Shown in pieces: positions 29,043 to 38,005 of a stretch of 44,097 bases of DNA. Source of the DNA: Actinomycetota bacterium (GTDB lineage Bacteria; Actinomycetota; Acidimicrobiia; Acidimicrobiales; JAMCPL01). The notes beneath the pieces are model-generated. The model was not told the DNA's origin and ran no database searches. It saw nothing but the letters and a program-made list of their open reading frames with translations. The position numbers and the translations under genes are program-made. Each line of letters opens with the position of its first letter. The stretch's first letter is position 1. The stretch covers positions 1 through 44,097 of the forward strand of contig JAMCPC010000122.1 of NCBI GenBank assembly GCA_023379725.1, written 5' to 3'.

Positions 29043-29415
29043 CTGTAATACCTGCTACTTCCCTACTCATGATCTGCTCTATTTTAATTTTATGCTGCTT
29101 ACGCCGCACGGTCTCCAATCCAACCTCTCTAACTTCCAATCCAATTACACGATCTCGACAACCTGCATTACAATTACCAGCATACCAGCCTTCCATGACT
29201 GACCGTCTCCATTATCAACTTGTCTTTCACCTATTTTTACCAAGCCACTTAATAGCTTAATTACATTCTACATCTACCTGTATCACTTATAGTTCTCAGG
29301 ATGGCAATTTCCGCAAATAATTTTTGCCCGCACGAGAGAGGGCGTAACCGGTAAGGAGGCAGCAGACGGAGGAAATGGCGACAAGAGCGGTAACAGCATC
29401 GGGATTGGCATTCAT

Positions 29416-29500
29416 TATATTACGTTCTCCCCGGCCTCGCTGACTGGGCTGGCGCTCCCTTTCGGCCAACCCGGAAGAGGGGACGGAACGAAAGTAGAAG
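29416..29500 (-). terminator. Long imperfect hairpin downstream of the ADC-family gene, within the clpC upstream region
   Basis: The minus-strand hairpin is closed by CGUUC...GAACG. It has inner stems UCCCC/GGGGA and GUUGGC/GCCAGC and is followed by AU-rich sequence. Confidence 0.3.
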
Positions 29501-29527
29501 GAATGCCGGGAACTGTATCGCTACCTA

Positions 29528-30220
29528 CTATACTGCACTTGCTTCGATTTCTTGGCCGTAAGGCAGAACTAGATCGCTCAATGACCACAAGATTTGCGCC
29601 GTACCCCCAGAACCGAGCACCAGAGCTACCTCACCACCAGCCTGTAGCGTGCCTGCTCCACCAAGTACGGATTTTATCGATTGCTCCGAACTCACTGTAG
29701 ACAGCACGTCTACATCAGGATTGCCACCACCTACGCTGGGAATGAGCTTGTGGTTGATCACAGTAAGGTTTTCCAGCAGCATTACAGAGGATGCATCGAT
29801 TTCATTGGGTACCGACCCATTGAGTACCAGTAAATCGTCACCTCCCCTCTCCAGACGACAATGCAGACTATTTTCCTCTCCATGCTCTATGTCGATCACA
29901 GCCAGTTTCTTTGGGAAACCCCAGATTTCTCTACCGGCACAGAGCGCTGTATCACTTGTAACGTATATGAGGGGACAGTACAACGCGGGGTTACCATTCC
30001 GCATTACGCCAACCAGGACAACGACTTCCCTGTAGGGACCTATAGTAGAATCTGGGTAGTCGGCAAAGACAGCCACCTGTAAGGGCAGGTATTCTATGCC
30101 TTCCGGCAACAACCCCGGTGGCACTGAGGATAGCGGATTGTCCAAAAACGCAATAGCGACTTTCGCCTCATCGTATGTATACGGAGGTTCAGGATAAAGA
30201 GGAACAGGCAATGACAGCAT
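29528..30220 (-). CDS. Acetoacetate decarboxylase (ADC) family protein
   Basis: The GREIWGFPKK motif and the approximately 230-aa size are typical of the ADC family. Confidence 0.75.
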   Translation of the reverse strand: MLSLPVPLYPEPPYTYDEAKVAIAFLDNPLSSVPPGLLPEGIEYLPLQVAVFADYPDSTIGPYREVVVLVGVMRNGNPALYCPLIYVTSDTALCAGREIWGFPKKLAVIDIEHGEENSLHCRLERGGDDLLVLNGSVPNEIDASSVMLLENLTVINHKLIPSVGGGNPDVDVLSTVSSEQSIKSVLGGAGTLQAGGEVALVLGSGGTAQILWSLSDLVLPYGQEIEASAV

Positions 30221-30340
30221 GGTAAAACCTTTCTATTATATGTAATATACTTCACGTATTATATGTCGTATATTATAATATCATCGGAGCAACCATGCCG
30301 CACGTGCCCGCACTATGAAGGCGCTACCGTCCAAATTGGC

Positions 30341-30410
30341 AAGCCCAGCAAATGACCATGTAGTCCCGCTGGCCAGATTACACTCTCTCTGGTCGCCCTA
30401 CGCCGAATGA
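30341..30410 (+). repeat. Degenerate fragment of the MITE-like repeat (A7)
   Basis: cccagcaaatgaccatgtagtcccgctggccagat matches about 29 of 34 positions of cccgcaaataaccatgggttcccgccagccagat. Confidence 0.35.
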
Positions 30411-30673
30411 AAAGCAGAAGGGGGGATGACTAGATGAGTTGTCCGATGAACTGACCGCTACCACTCACGGCAGGACTCCAAGCAAACCACGACATATTTT
30501 AGTGGACGTGGGAGGTGTGTTGGTCAATTGTCCAAACACCGACTCGCAGTGTCCGGTCCCAGTGGATGGACTGGGGAGACTCAGCGACTGGAGAGCGAAG
30601 GGAAAAGGAGTTCCTAGAGGACGTTACGTTATTTACAAGATAAACCACTAAGAGCTTGCGCTCACTGTATGGA

Positions 30674-31885
30674 TCATTCGTAGCGTTCCAGAATACTCAT
30701 TTCAGCTAAGCGAGCCAATCCGTTGCGTAATGTCGTAGCGCGTCCCGTACCAACTCCCTCTACTTCTTCCAGAGACGACTGGGAGGCACGCATAATGGCT
30801 TGAAGGTTGCCAAAGTGCTCTACTATACGATCGACTATAGGGTCAGGAATATGCGAAAGACGGTGCAACAGCCTGTATCCTCTGGGCTCTACCGAGCTAT
30901 CGAGTTCGCTATTCTCCCCCCTTCCCTTGATAGCTCTGGCAATATTTTCCGTATCTGCAAGCTCTTCTGTAGACATTTGCTGTAGCGACCGAATTGCATG
31001 CTGGGTAGCTATATTTATGATTGATTCTCCAGATTGGCGTGTTGTATTGAGGCTACCGTCTGTTGGTGCTCCATTAGCATGCACATTGTGATTGTTTGCT
31101 GCTATCGAAATAGGTGCCGACGATGGAGACGATGCAATTGCCCTATCGATACTATTTGTAACATTGACGTAGTCCTGCATTATGAAATTGCGTGCCTCGA
31201 CTATTCCTGTGGACAGTTCATCCAGCTGGAGCTTGAGTAGCCTACCGTCATCTCCAAGTTCTACCAGGTAACCGTTTACTTCGTCAGCCAGCCTGCAAAC
31301 CAGTTCCGCCGGCTGCAGGGTTCCGACCACATCGCGTAAGGTTGCTGCACCCTCCAGTTCAAGGGCAGAGAGTGAGGTAATGGCCAGATCGAAGCGTTGG
31401 CGAAAACGGGTAAGGGTCTGGATGACCTGTGTGGTCTGGTTGAACAGGTAACGCCTGTCTTTCAGTACGTGCTTACGATTTCCTTCATACAGGGTAATTA
31501 CTCCCATAGTCGTAGATACCGATACCACGGGTACGCCGGTAGACCTAGCTACCCTTTCTGCCGTCCTGTGCCGGGTACCTGTTTCAGAGGTTGGGATGGA
31601 ATGATTGGGCACCAGATGCACGTTTGCCCTCGATATGTGTGATGTGTCCTCTGACAATACAATTGCCCCGTCCATTTTGGCCAACTCCGCAAGTCTTTGG
31701 GGACTGAATTCCGTGTTCAGCAGGAATCCTCCCGAACATAGCGAAAGGACCTCCTCCCTGTCGCTCATTACCACCAGAGCGCCACGATGAGCCTGTACCA
31801 CACGCTCCAGACCCTCCCTGAGAGGCATACCCACCGCCAGCAAGGGCAATGCATCAAATGCATTTGTGTTGTTTGCACTGTCCAT
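30674..31885 (-). CDS. disA: DNA integrity scanning protein DisA (diadenylate cyclase)
   Basis: DAC-domain motifs GALVV...DGAIVL and RHRTAERV, plus a C-terminal HhH. It carries an insertion of about 45 aa of low-complexity sequence. Confidence 0.9.
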   Translation of the reverse strand: MDSANNTNAFDALPLLAVGMPLREGLERVVQAHRGALVVMSDREEVLSLCSGGFLLNTEFSPQRLAELAKMDGAIVLSEDTSHISRANVHLVPNHSIPTSETGTRHRTAERVARSTGVPVVSVSTTMGVITLYEGNRKHVLKDRRYLFNQTTQVIQTLTRFRQRFDLAITSLSALELEGAATLRDVVGTLQPAELVCRLADEVNGYLVELGDDGRLLKLQLDELSTGIVEARNFIMQDYVNVTNSIDRAIASSPSSAPISIAANNHNVHANGAPTDGSLNTTRQSGESIINIATQHAIRSLQQMSTEELADTENIARAIKGRGENSELDSSVEPRGYRLLHRLSHIPDPIVDRIVEHFGNLQAIMRASQSSLEEVEGVGTGRATTLRNGLARLAEMSILERYE

Positions 31886-32035
31886 CTATGCCATAATACA
31901 TGATTTTTACGCATCCGGCTGGCGCAGGACAATCTCTTGTGACATCTTCCCCATGGCCAAAGCCAGGAGCTTGCGAGATGAGTTGGCCAGGAATGGATTA
32001 TCACACAGATACTTTTATGGCGTATTATTACAGAT

Positions 32036-33034
32036 GTGAATATATCTACACTCCTATCTGTAACTCCGGTGAAGCAGGGCCTCCAATCCATGGAGGAACT
32101 GCTGAAAGGCTCTGTTGTCAATTCAGATCCTATATTGAACCAGGTGGCAACATACCTTATTGATGCTGGCGGAAAGCGGTTGCGCCCCACCCTGGCTATC
32201 ACTGTAGCTACTGGCGGAACTGATGAATCCACTCGTGATGACCAGCTGGGTGCAGTAGCGGTAGAGTTGGTACACCTTGGGTCACTGTATCATGATGATG
32301 TCATGGATGAAGCATCCATGAGAAGGAATGTCAAAAGCGTGAACTCTCGATGGGGGAATCTGGTGGCTATTGTTGCTGGAGATTACCTTTTGGCAAAATC
32401 AGCCGAGATAGCTGCCGATCTTGGGCAGCATATAGCATCGCTTTTGGCGAGGACTCTCGGAGAGCTATGCGCGGGGCAAATAAGTGAAGTGCAGACAGCG
32501 TATATGGTCAATAGAACCCAAGAACAGTATTTTAATGCAATTGCCGGCAAAACCGCTGCCCTTATGGAGGCGTCATGTCGCGTTGGAGCACTCACCAGCA
32601 GGATGCCCGAATCGGAGGCAGACGCTATAACCGAATACGGTAAGTACTTTGGGATGGCCTTTCAGCTACGTGACGATATATTGGATATTATTGGCACCAA
32701 GGAAGAACTTGGTAAGGAGCCCGGCCAGGATCTGGTAGAAGGAATATACACGCTGCCAGTATTGCTTGCACTCAATGACATTGAGGTGGGTCATGATCTG
32801 GCAGCGCTCCTGGGTAAGCCACTATCTGATAGTGAAAGGCAAGAGGCACGCTCGCTGATTATGTCATCAAATGCACTCACCAAGAGTACAGATGTAATGA
32901 GACAATGGATAGATGCTTCAGTGCAAGCTCTGGATGGAGCCTCTTCGCCCGTTCTCTGTGACCTCCTGGAGAGGTTCAGTAGGTCAATTGAGGATGACGT
33001 TACTGTGTCGGTGGAGTCGCTGTGTGCTACATGA
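32036..33034 (+). CDS. trans-Polyprenyl diphosphate synthase
   Basis: GGKRLRP, first DDxxD in LYHDDVMDE, second in LRDDILD. The start may be the ATG at 32090. Confidence 0.85.
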   Translation: MNISTLLSVTPVKQGLQSMEELLKGSVVNSDPILNQVATYLIDAGGKRLRPTLAITVATGGTDESTRDDQLGAVAVELVHLGSLYHDDVMDEASMRRNVKSVNSRWGNLVAIVAGDYLLAKSAEIAADLGQHIASLLARTLGELCAGQISEVQTAYMVNRTQEQYFNAIAGKTAALMEASCRVGALTSRMPESEADAITEYGKYFGMAFQLRDDILDIIGTKEELGKEPGQDLVEGIYTLPVLLALNDIEVGHDLAALLGKPLSDSERQEARSLIMSSNALTKSTDVMRQWIDASVQALDGASSPVLCDLLERFSRSIEDDVTVSVESLCAT

Positions 33035-33050
33035 GTAGATGGCTTGACCC

Positions 33051-35930
33051 ATGAGAAGTATGTCGAGGCAAGCTGGTCTCCGTGAGGAGTTGCGTCGTGG
33101 GTGGTACTTGGGGGTTGCGGCTGTTCGCTCTGTATTGGATCTCGGTCCCGGTACAACCAGGCTCGCCATAACTAATACCTTTTCTCAGGGCATCAATAGT
33201 GCAATCAGACAACTAGCTGATAAGCAGCAGGGGATACCTGGAGGGGTTGGAGAGTTGCTGGGATATGAGGAGATATCAAACGGAGCCCTATTCCGATTCA
33301 GGGATGCCATACTTGAAGTACGGGTGATGACTGACCATGTAGTCAGGATCACCTGGGAGCCCGGTATTTTGCCAGTGCCCTATAGCCTCAGAGATGGATG
33401 GCCTCCTCCAGCAGCGGAAGATCCGCAGGTATCGTTTGAGTATAGCATTGATGGTTGCTACATATTACGATATAATAATTATGCTATAAGAGTGCATCCG
33501 ACAGGTGAAGTGCAGTTTTCTGCCTGCCGTTCTACGTCCTCTGACCAATCACATGGTGGTTTTGGCGTGTCCAATAGCTCCGGTGCTGGCAAGTCTGGCA
33601 TGTTTGATGGTCCTAGCGAGTCCGGTGAATCTAGTGGTTTTGACTCATCCAGTGGGTCTCATTCATCCAGGGAAGAAATCGGCCGGCATAAAAAGGCTGA
33701 GGTGTTGTTGTGTCGCGATCTTTCTCCTGCACGGGCAGGGGAACGGTGGACTATAGACAGGCAACATCGTGCTGGGAGTCTTGTATGTGGGCTGGGCGAA
33801 AAGGCTGCTCATGTGGATTTGAGTGGTCAAGTCGCTCGTTCGAATACGGTATCAGGAAAAGCACGGTCGTACAGGCTATGGAACAGGGATCCTGGTGGTC
33901 TATGGGGTCCGGGAGTGGATCCTCTTTATATGAGTATACCTTTTACTGTTTCCATAGACCCCAAGCATCCAGATATCGTAATGGGATGTTTCTACGAGAA
34001 CTCATGGCAAAGCACCTTCTCTTTTCCTGCTGACAGCGACAGCTTGATGAAATCAACTTTCGCGGGAGGAGCACTGCGCTATTACCTGATGGCCGGTACC
34101 CTTGGTGAAGTGCTTAGCCACTATACAGGCATTACTGGTCGGCCTCCCCTTCCACCCAGATGGGCATTGGGCTACCATCAGAGTAGGTGGGGATACAAAA
34201 CCGAAAGGGACATACATGATGTAGTGGACAATTTCAAGTCTATGGATATACCTCTATCTGCGATACATCTTGATATAGACTATATGGATGGATACAAAGT
34301 GTTCACGATAGACCATTTGCGTTTTCCTGATATGAAAACTCTTGCCGATCAACTCGCCGAGCAGGGTATCAGAATAGTGACGATACTGGATCCAGCGGTG
34401 AAAGCGGACTCAAGCTCTCAATACGGTCTATATGAGGAAGGCGTTGAAGGGGAACATTTTTGCAAGAACCCTCAAGGAGAAGTGCAACTGGGGGTAGTAT
34501 GGCCGGGCAGGGCGGCATTCCCAGATTTCACAAACCCCTCAACCAGAGAATGGTGGGCGGACAAGTACGATTTTTTCAGCTCTCATGGCATAGCCGGTGT
34601 CTGGCATGACATGAACGAGCCCACTAATATAGCGTTGCTTGGTGATAAGACTTTACCGCTTGGCACCCTCCATAATATGGATGGTAGAGGTGGAGAACAT
34701 GCAGAGGCACATAATCTCTATGCCCTGGAGATGAACAGGTCAGGCTATGCTGGTCTCCGTAAAGTATACCCAGATAAACGTCCATTTATTCTTTCAAGAT
34801 CAGGATGGGCAGGATCACAGAGATACGCTTGGGGGTGGACAGGGGACACCGAGTCTACCTGGGAAGCCCTACGCCAACAGATTCCTACAATGATTGGGCT
34901 GGGTATGTCGGGTTTTCCGTTTTCGGGTCCAGACATCGGTGGATTCAATGGTGCGCCAAGCGCAGAATTGTATCTTAGATGGCTGCAACTCAGTACTTTC
35001 CTGCCCTTTTGCAGGACCCACTCTGTAGCGGGAGCGCCTCTGCGTGAACCATGGCGACTACCGGAGTACATTCGTCCATATGTAGCGAACTATATTAGAT
35101 TACGATATAGACTGTTACCTTATCTGTATACGCTTGCGTATGAAGCCAGTACTTCAGGTACACCTTTGATCAGGCCACTGGGCTGGGTCGAGAACAGTGA
35201 CAGTAGCGATTCGCTTATTTGGGAGATAGACGATGCTTTTATGTTGGGTGGGTCTGTATTGGTTGCCCCCGTGACGGCTCCTGGTAAGGCCTCCAGATTG
35301 GTTCGCCTACCGAAAGGCACTTGGTCGCCCTGGTTGGATGGTAGTTATTCGGGTAGCTTGGAAAATTCTGAGGGTAACTTGAAAGATCCTGGCGAGAGCA
35401 TCCAGCGCGAGAATGTCCAATTAAGGAAGTACCATTCAGGCCAATCTGATCAAATCAATAGATTAAGAGGTGGAAGAGTTGTCAGATTGCCTGCGCCATT
35501 GGAGAATATACCTGTCTTGGTGCGTCATGGCTCTATACTGCCGTTGGATGATGGATGGCTGAACACGTCAGGATGTGTACCGGATCTTGAGCATAGACCG
35601 AAGATGCTATCATTCCATATCTGGCCAGACGAGAGAGGGCTTGCAAGAGGGACATGCTACGATGACTGTGGCGACGGTTATGGAGAGATGAGGATGGATG
35701 ATATAGCGTTTACTCATGAAGGAGATACCGCTACTATCTCTTGGAGTAGGGAAGGTTCTTATGCCGCTCCTGATAAGGTGGGTATAGTGCTGCATGGCAT
35801 GGCTGCTACCAGATGCTATGCAGATGGTAAGCGGATCAATATGGATGAGCCAGATATATTACATCAGCTCTTTACGGTTACCTGTCCACCGTTTGCTACG
35901 CTGCGCATGGAGGGGGTCGCTTTACTGTAA
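33051..35930 (+). CDS. Glycoside hydrolase family 31 alpha-glucosidase (long N-terminal region with a Ser/Gly-rich insertion)
   Basis: The GVWHDMNEP nucleophile motif and the RSGWAGSQRYAWGWTGD region. Confidence 0.85.
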   Translation: MRSMSRQAGLREELRRGWYLGVAAVRSVLDLGPGTTRLAITNTFSQGINSAIRQLADKQQGIPGGVGELLGYEEISNGALFRFRDAILEVRVMTDHVVRITWEPGILPVPYSLRDGWPPPAAEDPQVSFEYSIDGCYILRYNNYAIRVHPTGEVQFSACRSTSSDQSHGGFGVSNSSGAGKSGMFDGPSESGESSGFDSSSGSHSSREEIGRHKKAEVLLCRDLSPARAGERWTIDRQHRAGSLVCGLGEKAAHVDLSGQVARSNTVSGKARSYRLWNRDPGGLWGPGVDPLYMSIPFTVSIDPKHPDIVMGCFYENSWQSTFSFPADSDSLMKSTFAGGALRYYLMAGTLGEVLSHYTGITGRPPLPPRWALGYHQSRWGYKTERDIHDVVDNFKSMDIPLSAIHLDIDYMDGYKVFTIDHLRFPDMKTLADQLAEQGIRIVTILDPAVKADSSSQYGLYEEGVEGEHFCKNPQGEVQLGVVWPGRAAFPDFTNPSTREWWADKYDFFSSHGIAGVWHDMNEPTNIALLGDKTLPLGTLHNMDGRGGEHAEAHNLYALEMNRSGYAGLRKVYPDKRPFILSRSGWAGSQRYAWGWTGDTESTWEALRQQIPTMIGLGMSGFPFSGPDIGGFNGAPSAELYLRWLQLSTFLPFCRTHSVAGAPLREPWRLPEYIRPYVANYIRLRYRLLPYLYTLAYEASTSGTPLIRPLGWVENSDSSDSLIWEIDDAFMLGGSVLVAPVTAPGKASRLVRLPKGTWSPWLDGSYSGSLENSEGNLKDPGESIQRENVQLRKYHSGQSDQINRLRGGRVVRLPAPLENIPVLVRHGSILPLDDGWLNTSGCVPDLEHRPKMLSFHIWPDERGLARGTCYDDCGDGYGEMRMDDIAFTHEGDTATISWSREGSYAAPDKVGIVLHGMAATRCYADGKRINMDEPDILHQLFTVTCPPFATLRMEGVALL

Positions 35931-35936
35931 AGCTAT

Positions 35937-35964
35937 GCTTAGTGCTTAGTGCTTAGTGCTTAGT
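35937..35964. repeat. Heptanucleotide tandem repeat (GCTTAGT)x4 abutting the repeat terminus
   Basis: Four perfect units. The last runs directly into the terminus of copy A4. Confidence 0.9.
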
Positions 35965-36125
35965 GTCCCGCAAATATAAATAACCATGGGTTCCCGCCAG
36001 CCAGATGATGCCCCTGACGGCGTTCTTGTCCCAGACGTAGCTCCAGCTACGCATTCGTCCTCGGCCTTGAGATGATGCCCCTGACTGGCCGAATGACGTC
36101 ACACTATTTACGAGGCGCTGCACTG
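35958..36125 (+). repeat. MITE-like repeat, copy A4 (no nested insert)
   Basis: cttagtgtcccgcaaatataaataaccatgggttcccgccagccagatgatgcccctgacggcg...gagatgatgcccctgactggccgaatgacgtcacactatttacgaggcgctgcactg. Confidence 0.85.
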
Positions 36126-37150
36126 GTGGCATAGTACCATTTGTATGTATTTGCCCAAGCATCTGAGCAGCTGTCCAGCGGCGAATAATCTAAGATACGA
36201 CGGGCTTTTTCGATGGAGAATGCTCCGCCGGTGCCAATGAATGAAATAAGCTCTGCAGGAGTGCCAAACAGCCTTGCACCCGGTTTCTTGGCCTTTTTGC
36301 GAGCGAACCCCTCTATAGCTTTGGTCGTCCAAGCTGGTATGGCAAATGGTTTTGAGCGTGAGCCGACCTTTATTGCAACTTGCCACATGTGTTCCATCAT
36401 GGTCGGTATGTCAGGAGCGGCGACATTGAACGATTCTCCATCGGCTTCTACGCTCAAAGAAGCCAGTTCGAATGCCTGTGCGGCATCTCGTGCTGATACG
36501 AATGAAACAGGGGCATCCGCAGCTGGTAGGGGTATTGGAAGGCCATGCTGCAACAGTTTGAAGGTGGTAAGGATGGAGCGTTCATGATAAAAACCCGGCC
36601 CAAAGATCATGGGCATCCTCAGCATCACTACGCTAAGCCCTTTTTCAAGTCGGATCTTTCTGAGAAGTTCCTCACACTCCCATTTATTACGGCTGTATGC
36701 ACCCGTAAAGTGTAGTTCTGCATCTTCGTCAAGAGGTATGTGCATTGGCTGTGCACCATATATCTCGATTGATGATGCATAGACAAAGCGCTGGATTCCC
36801 GCGTCCGCAGAGGCTAATGCCAACTTGCGGGTTGGCTCGACGTTTGCCGCTAAAAAACCGGCTTCATCAAGTCCAGCTTGAGGTAATCGAGCTGCGAGAT
36901 GGAATACGTGGGTAAACCCACTTACCAACTCAGCTACTCGTTCTATGCTGGTGAAGTCCTTTTCTATGTCGACCTGTACGAATTCAGCCTGGAGGCACTC
37001 TGCAGGAGGGCGGGCAATATCCAGTATGCGTACCTGCCACCCGTTATCCAGCAACCTGGATGCTATGGCTCTCCCGAGTACGCCGCTTCCACCCGTTACA
37101 ACCGCCTTCAGACTTCCATGGCGAGGAAGCTTATTGTGACCAATGCTCAT
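36104..37150 (-). CDS. NAD-dependent epimerase/dehydratase family (extended SDR) protein
   Basis: VVTGGSGVLGRAI Rossmann motif and YSRNK catalytic motif. The last 7 codons and the stop lie inside repeat A4. Confidence 0.8.
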   Translation of the reverse strand: MSIGHNKLPRHGSLKAVVTGGSGVLGRAIASRLLDNGWQVRILDIARPPAECLQAEFVQVDIEKDFTSIERVAELVSGFTHVFHLAARLPQAGLDEAGFLAANVEPTRKLALASADAGIQRFVYASSIEIYGAQPMHIPLDEDAELHFTGAYSRNKWECEELLRKIRLEKGLSVVMLRMPMIFGPGFYHERSILTTFKLLQHGLPIPLPAADAPVSFVSARDAAQAFELASLSVEADGESFNVAAPDIPTMMEHMWQVAIKVGSRSKPFAIPAWTTKAIEGFARKKAKKPGARLFGTPAELISFIGTGGAFSIEKARRILDYSPLDSCSDAWANTYKWYYATSAAPRK

Positions 37151-37183
37151 TTCTAGATCATAGCATGGGACTGTTTGTCCTCT

Positions 37184-37213
37184 TTAGCCTACATCTCTGT
37201 TTTGAGCTATAAT
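37184..37213 (+). promoter_or_regulatory. Candidate promoter for carD
   Basis: TTAGCC, an 18-nt spacer, then TATAAT. It lies about 60 nt upstream of the GTG start, which has the SD AAGGAGG. Confidence 0.3.
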
Positions 37214-37273
37214 AGGGTAAGGTAATGACCACGCTGACAGAAGCAATGCGAAATATAATTCAAGGAGGCCTGA

Positions 37274-37750
37274 GTGTTTGAAAAAGGTGACAGGGTTGTC
37301 TACCCTCATCATGGTGCCGCTGTAGTTGAGCGCAGGGAGATAAAAAAAGCTTTTGGCGAGGAGAAGGAGTACCTGGTACTCAAATTGGCATACGGCGACC
37401 TCACCCTGATGGTACCCACAGACAACACAGAAAGCGTTGGCTTGCGCGAAGTAATAAATGACGAAGAAGTAGAGGAGGTATTCGCTGTACTCAGTAAAAA
37501 GGGTGCCAGGATGCCTACCAATTGGTCACGACGCTACAAGAACCACTCCGAGAAATTACGGTCAGGTGATATCTACCAGGTTGCCGAGGTAGTAAGAAAC
37601 CTGTCAATAAGAGATAAGGATAAGGGCCTATCCACTGGTGAAAAGAGAATGCTGGCACGTGCGCGTCAGATACTCATTTCAGAGTTGACCTTTGCACTAA
37701 ACGCCAGTGAGGACGAGGCAACCAGGCGGTTGGACGAGCTACTGGCCTAG
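37274..37750 (+). CDS. carD: CarD-family RNA polymerase-binding transcription regulator
   Basis: FEKGDRVVYPHHGAAVV, RVLKLAYGDLTLMVP-like sequence, and PTNWSRRYK. Confidence 0.9.
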   Translation: MFEKGDRVVYPHHGAAVVERREIKKAFGEEKEYLVLKLAYGDLTLMVPTDNTESVGLREVINDEEVEEVFAVLSKKGARMPTNWSRRYKNHSEKLRSGDIYQVAEVVRNLSIRDKDKGLSTGEKRMLARARQILISELTFALNASEDEATRRLDELLA

Positions 37751-37760
37751 GCACTGTATT

Positions 37761-37868
37761 CAGCGTAGTGTCCCGCAAATAACCATGAGCTCGCGCCAGT
37801 CAGATGATGCCTCTGGCTTGTCAGATAACGTCACGCTATTTAGGAGATACTCGAGATACTGCGCTAAT
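37761..37868 (+). repeat. Short MITE-like repeat, copy A5 (internal deletion between the element's two direct repeats)
   Basis: cagcgtagtgtcccgcaaataaccatgagctcgcgccagtcagatgatgcctctggcttgtcagataacgtcacgctatttaggagatact. Confidence 0.7.
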
Positions 37869-37907
37869 GGCTACCTGGCTGATTGTCGCAGCCGGCAACA
37901 AGACGGC

Positions 37908-37943
37908 ACCTATGCAACCTATGCAGCCTATGCAACCTATGCA
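37908..37943. repeat. 9-bp tandem repeat (RCCTATGCA)x4
   Basis: acctatgca acctatgca gcctatgca acctatgca, located 63 nt upstream of the ispDF start. Confidence 0.85.
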
Positions 37944-38005
37944 GTGGGCGTAGAATTACATCCCGTAATGAGGTCTGGAGTAGGTAGCAGGCTGGACATA
38001 GCGAG

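Noticed and set aside
30439-30651. 70-aa ORF (TTG start) between the ADC-family gene and disA.
   Set aside because: It has no convincing RBS spacing and no recognisable motif, and it lies next to a degenerate repeat fragment. It remains possible but is unsupported.
35990-36100. Possible hammerhead-type ribozyme core in the repeat's CAGAUGAUGCCCCUGAC boxes.
   Set aside because: The sequence is CAGAUGAUG, not the CUGAUGA core. I could not place a matching GAAA or stem II/III arrangement.
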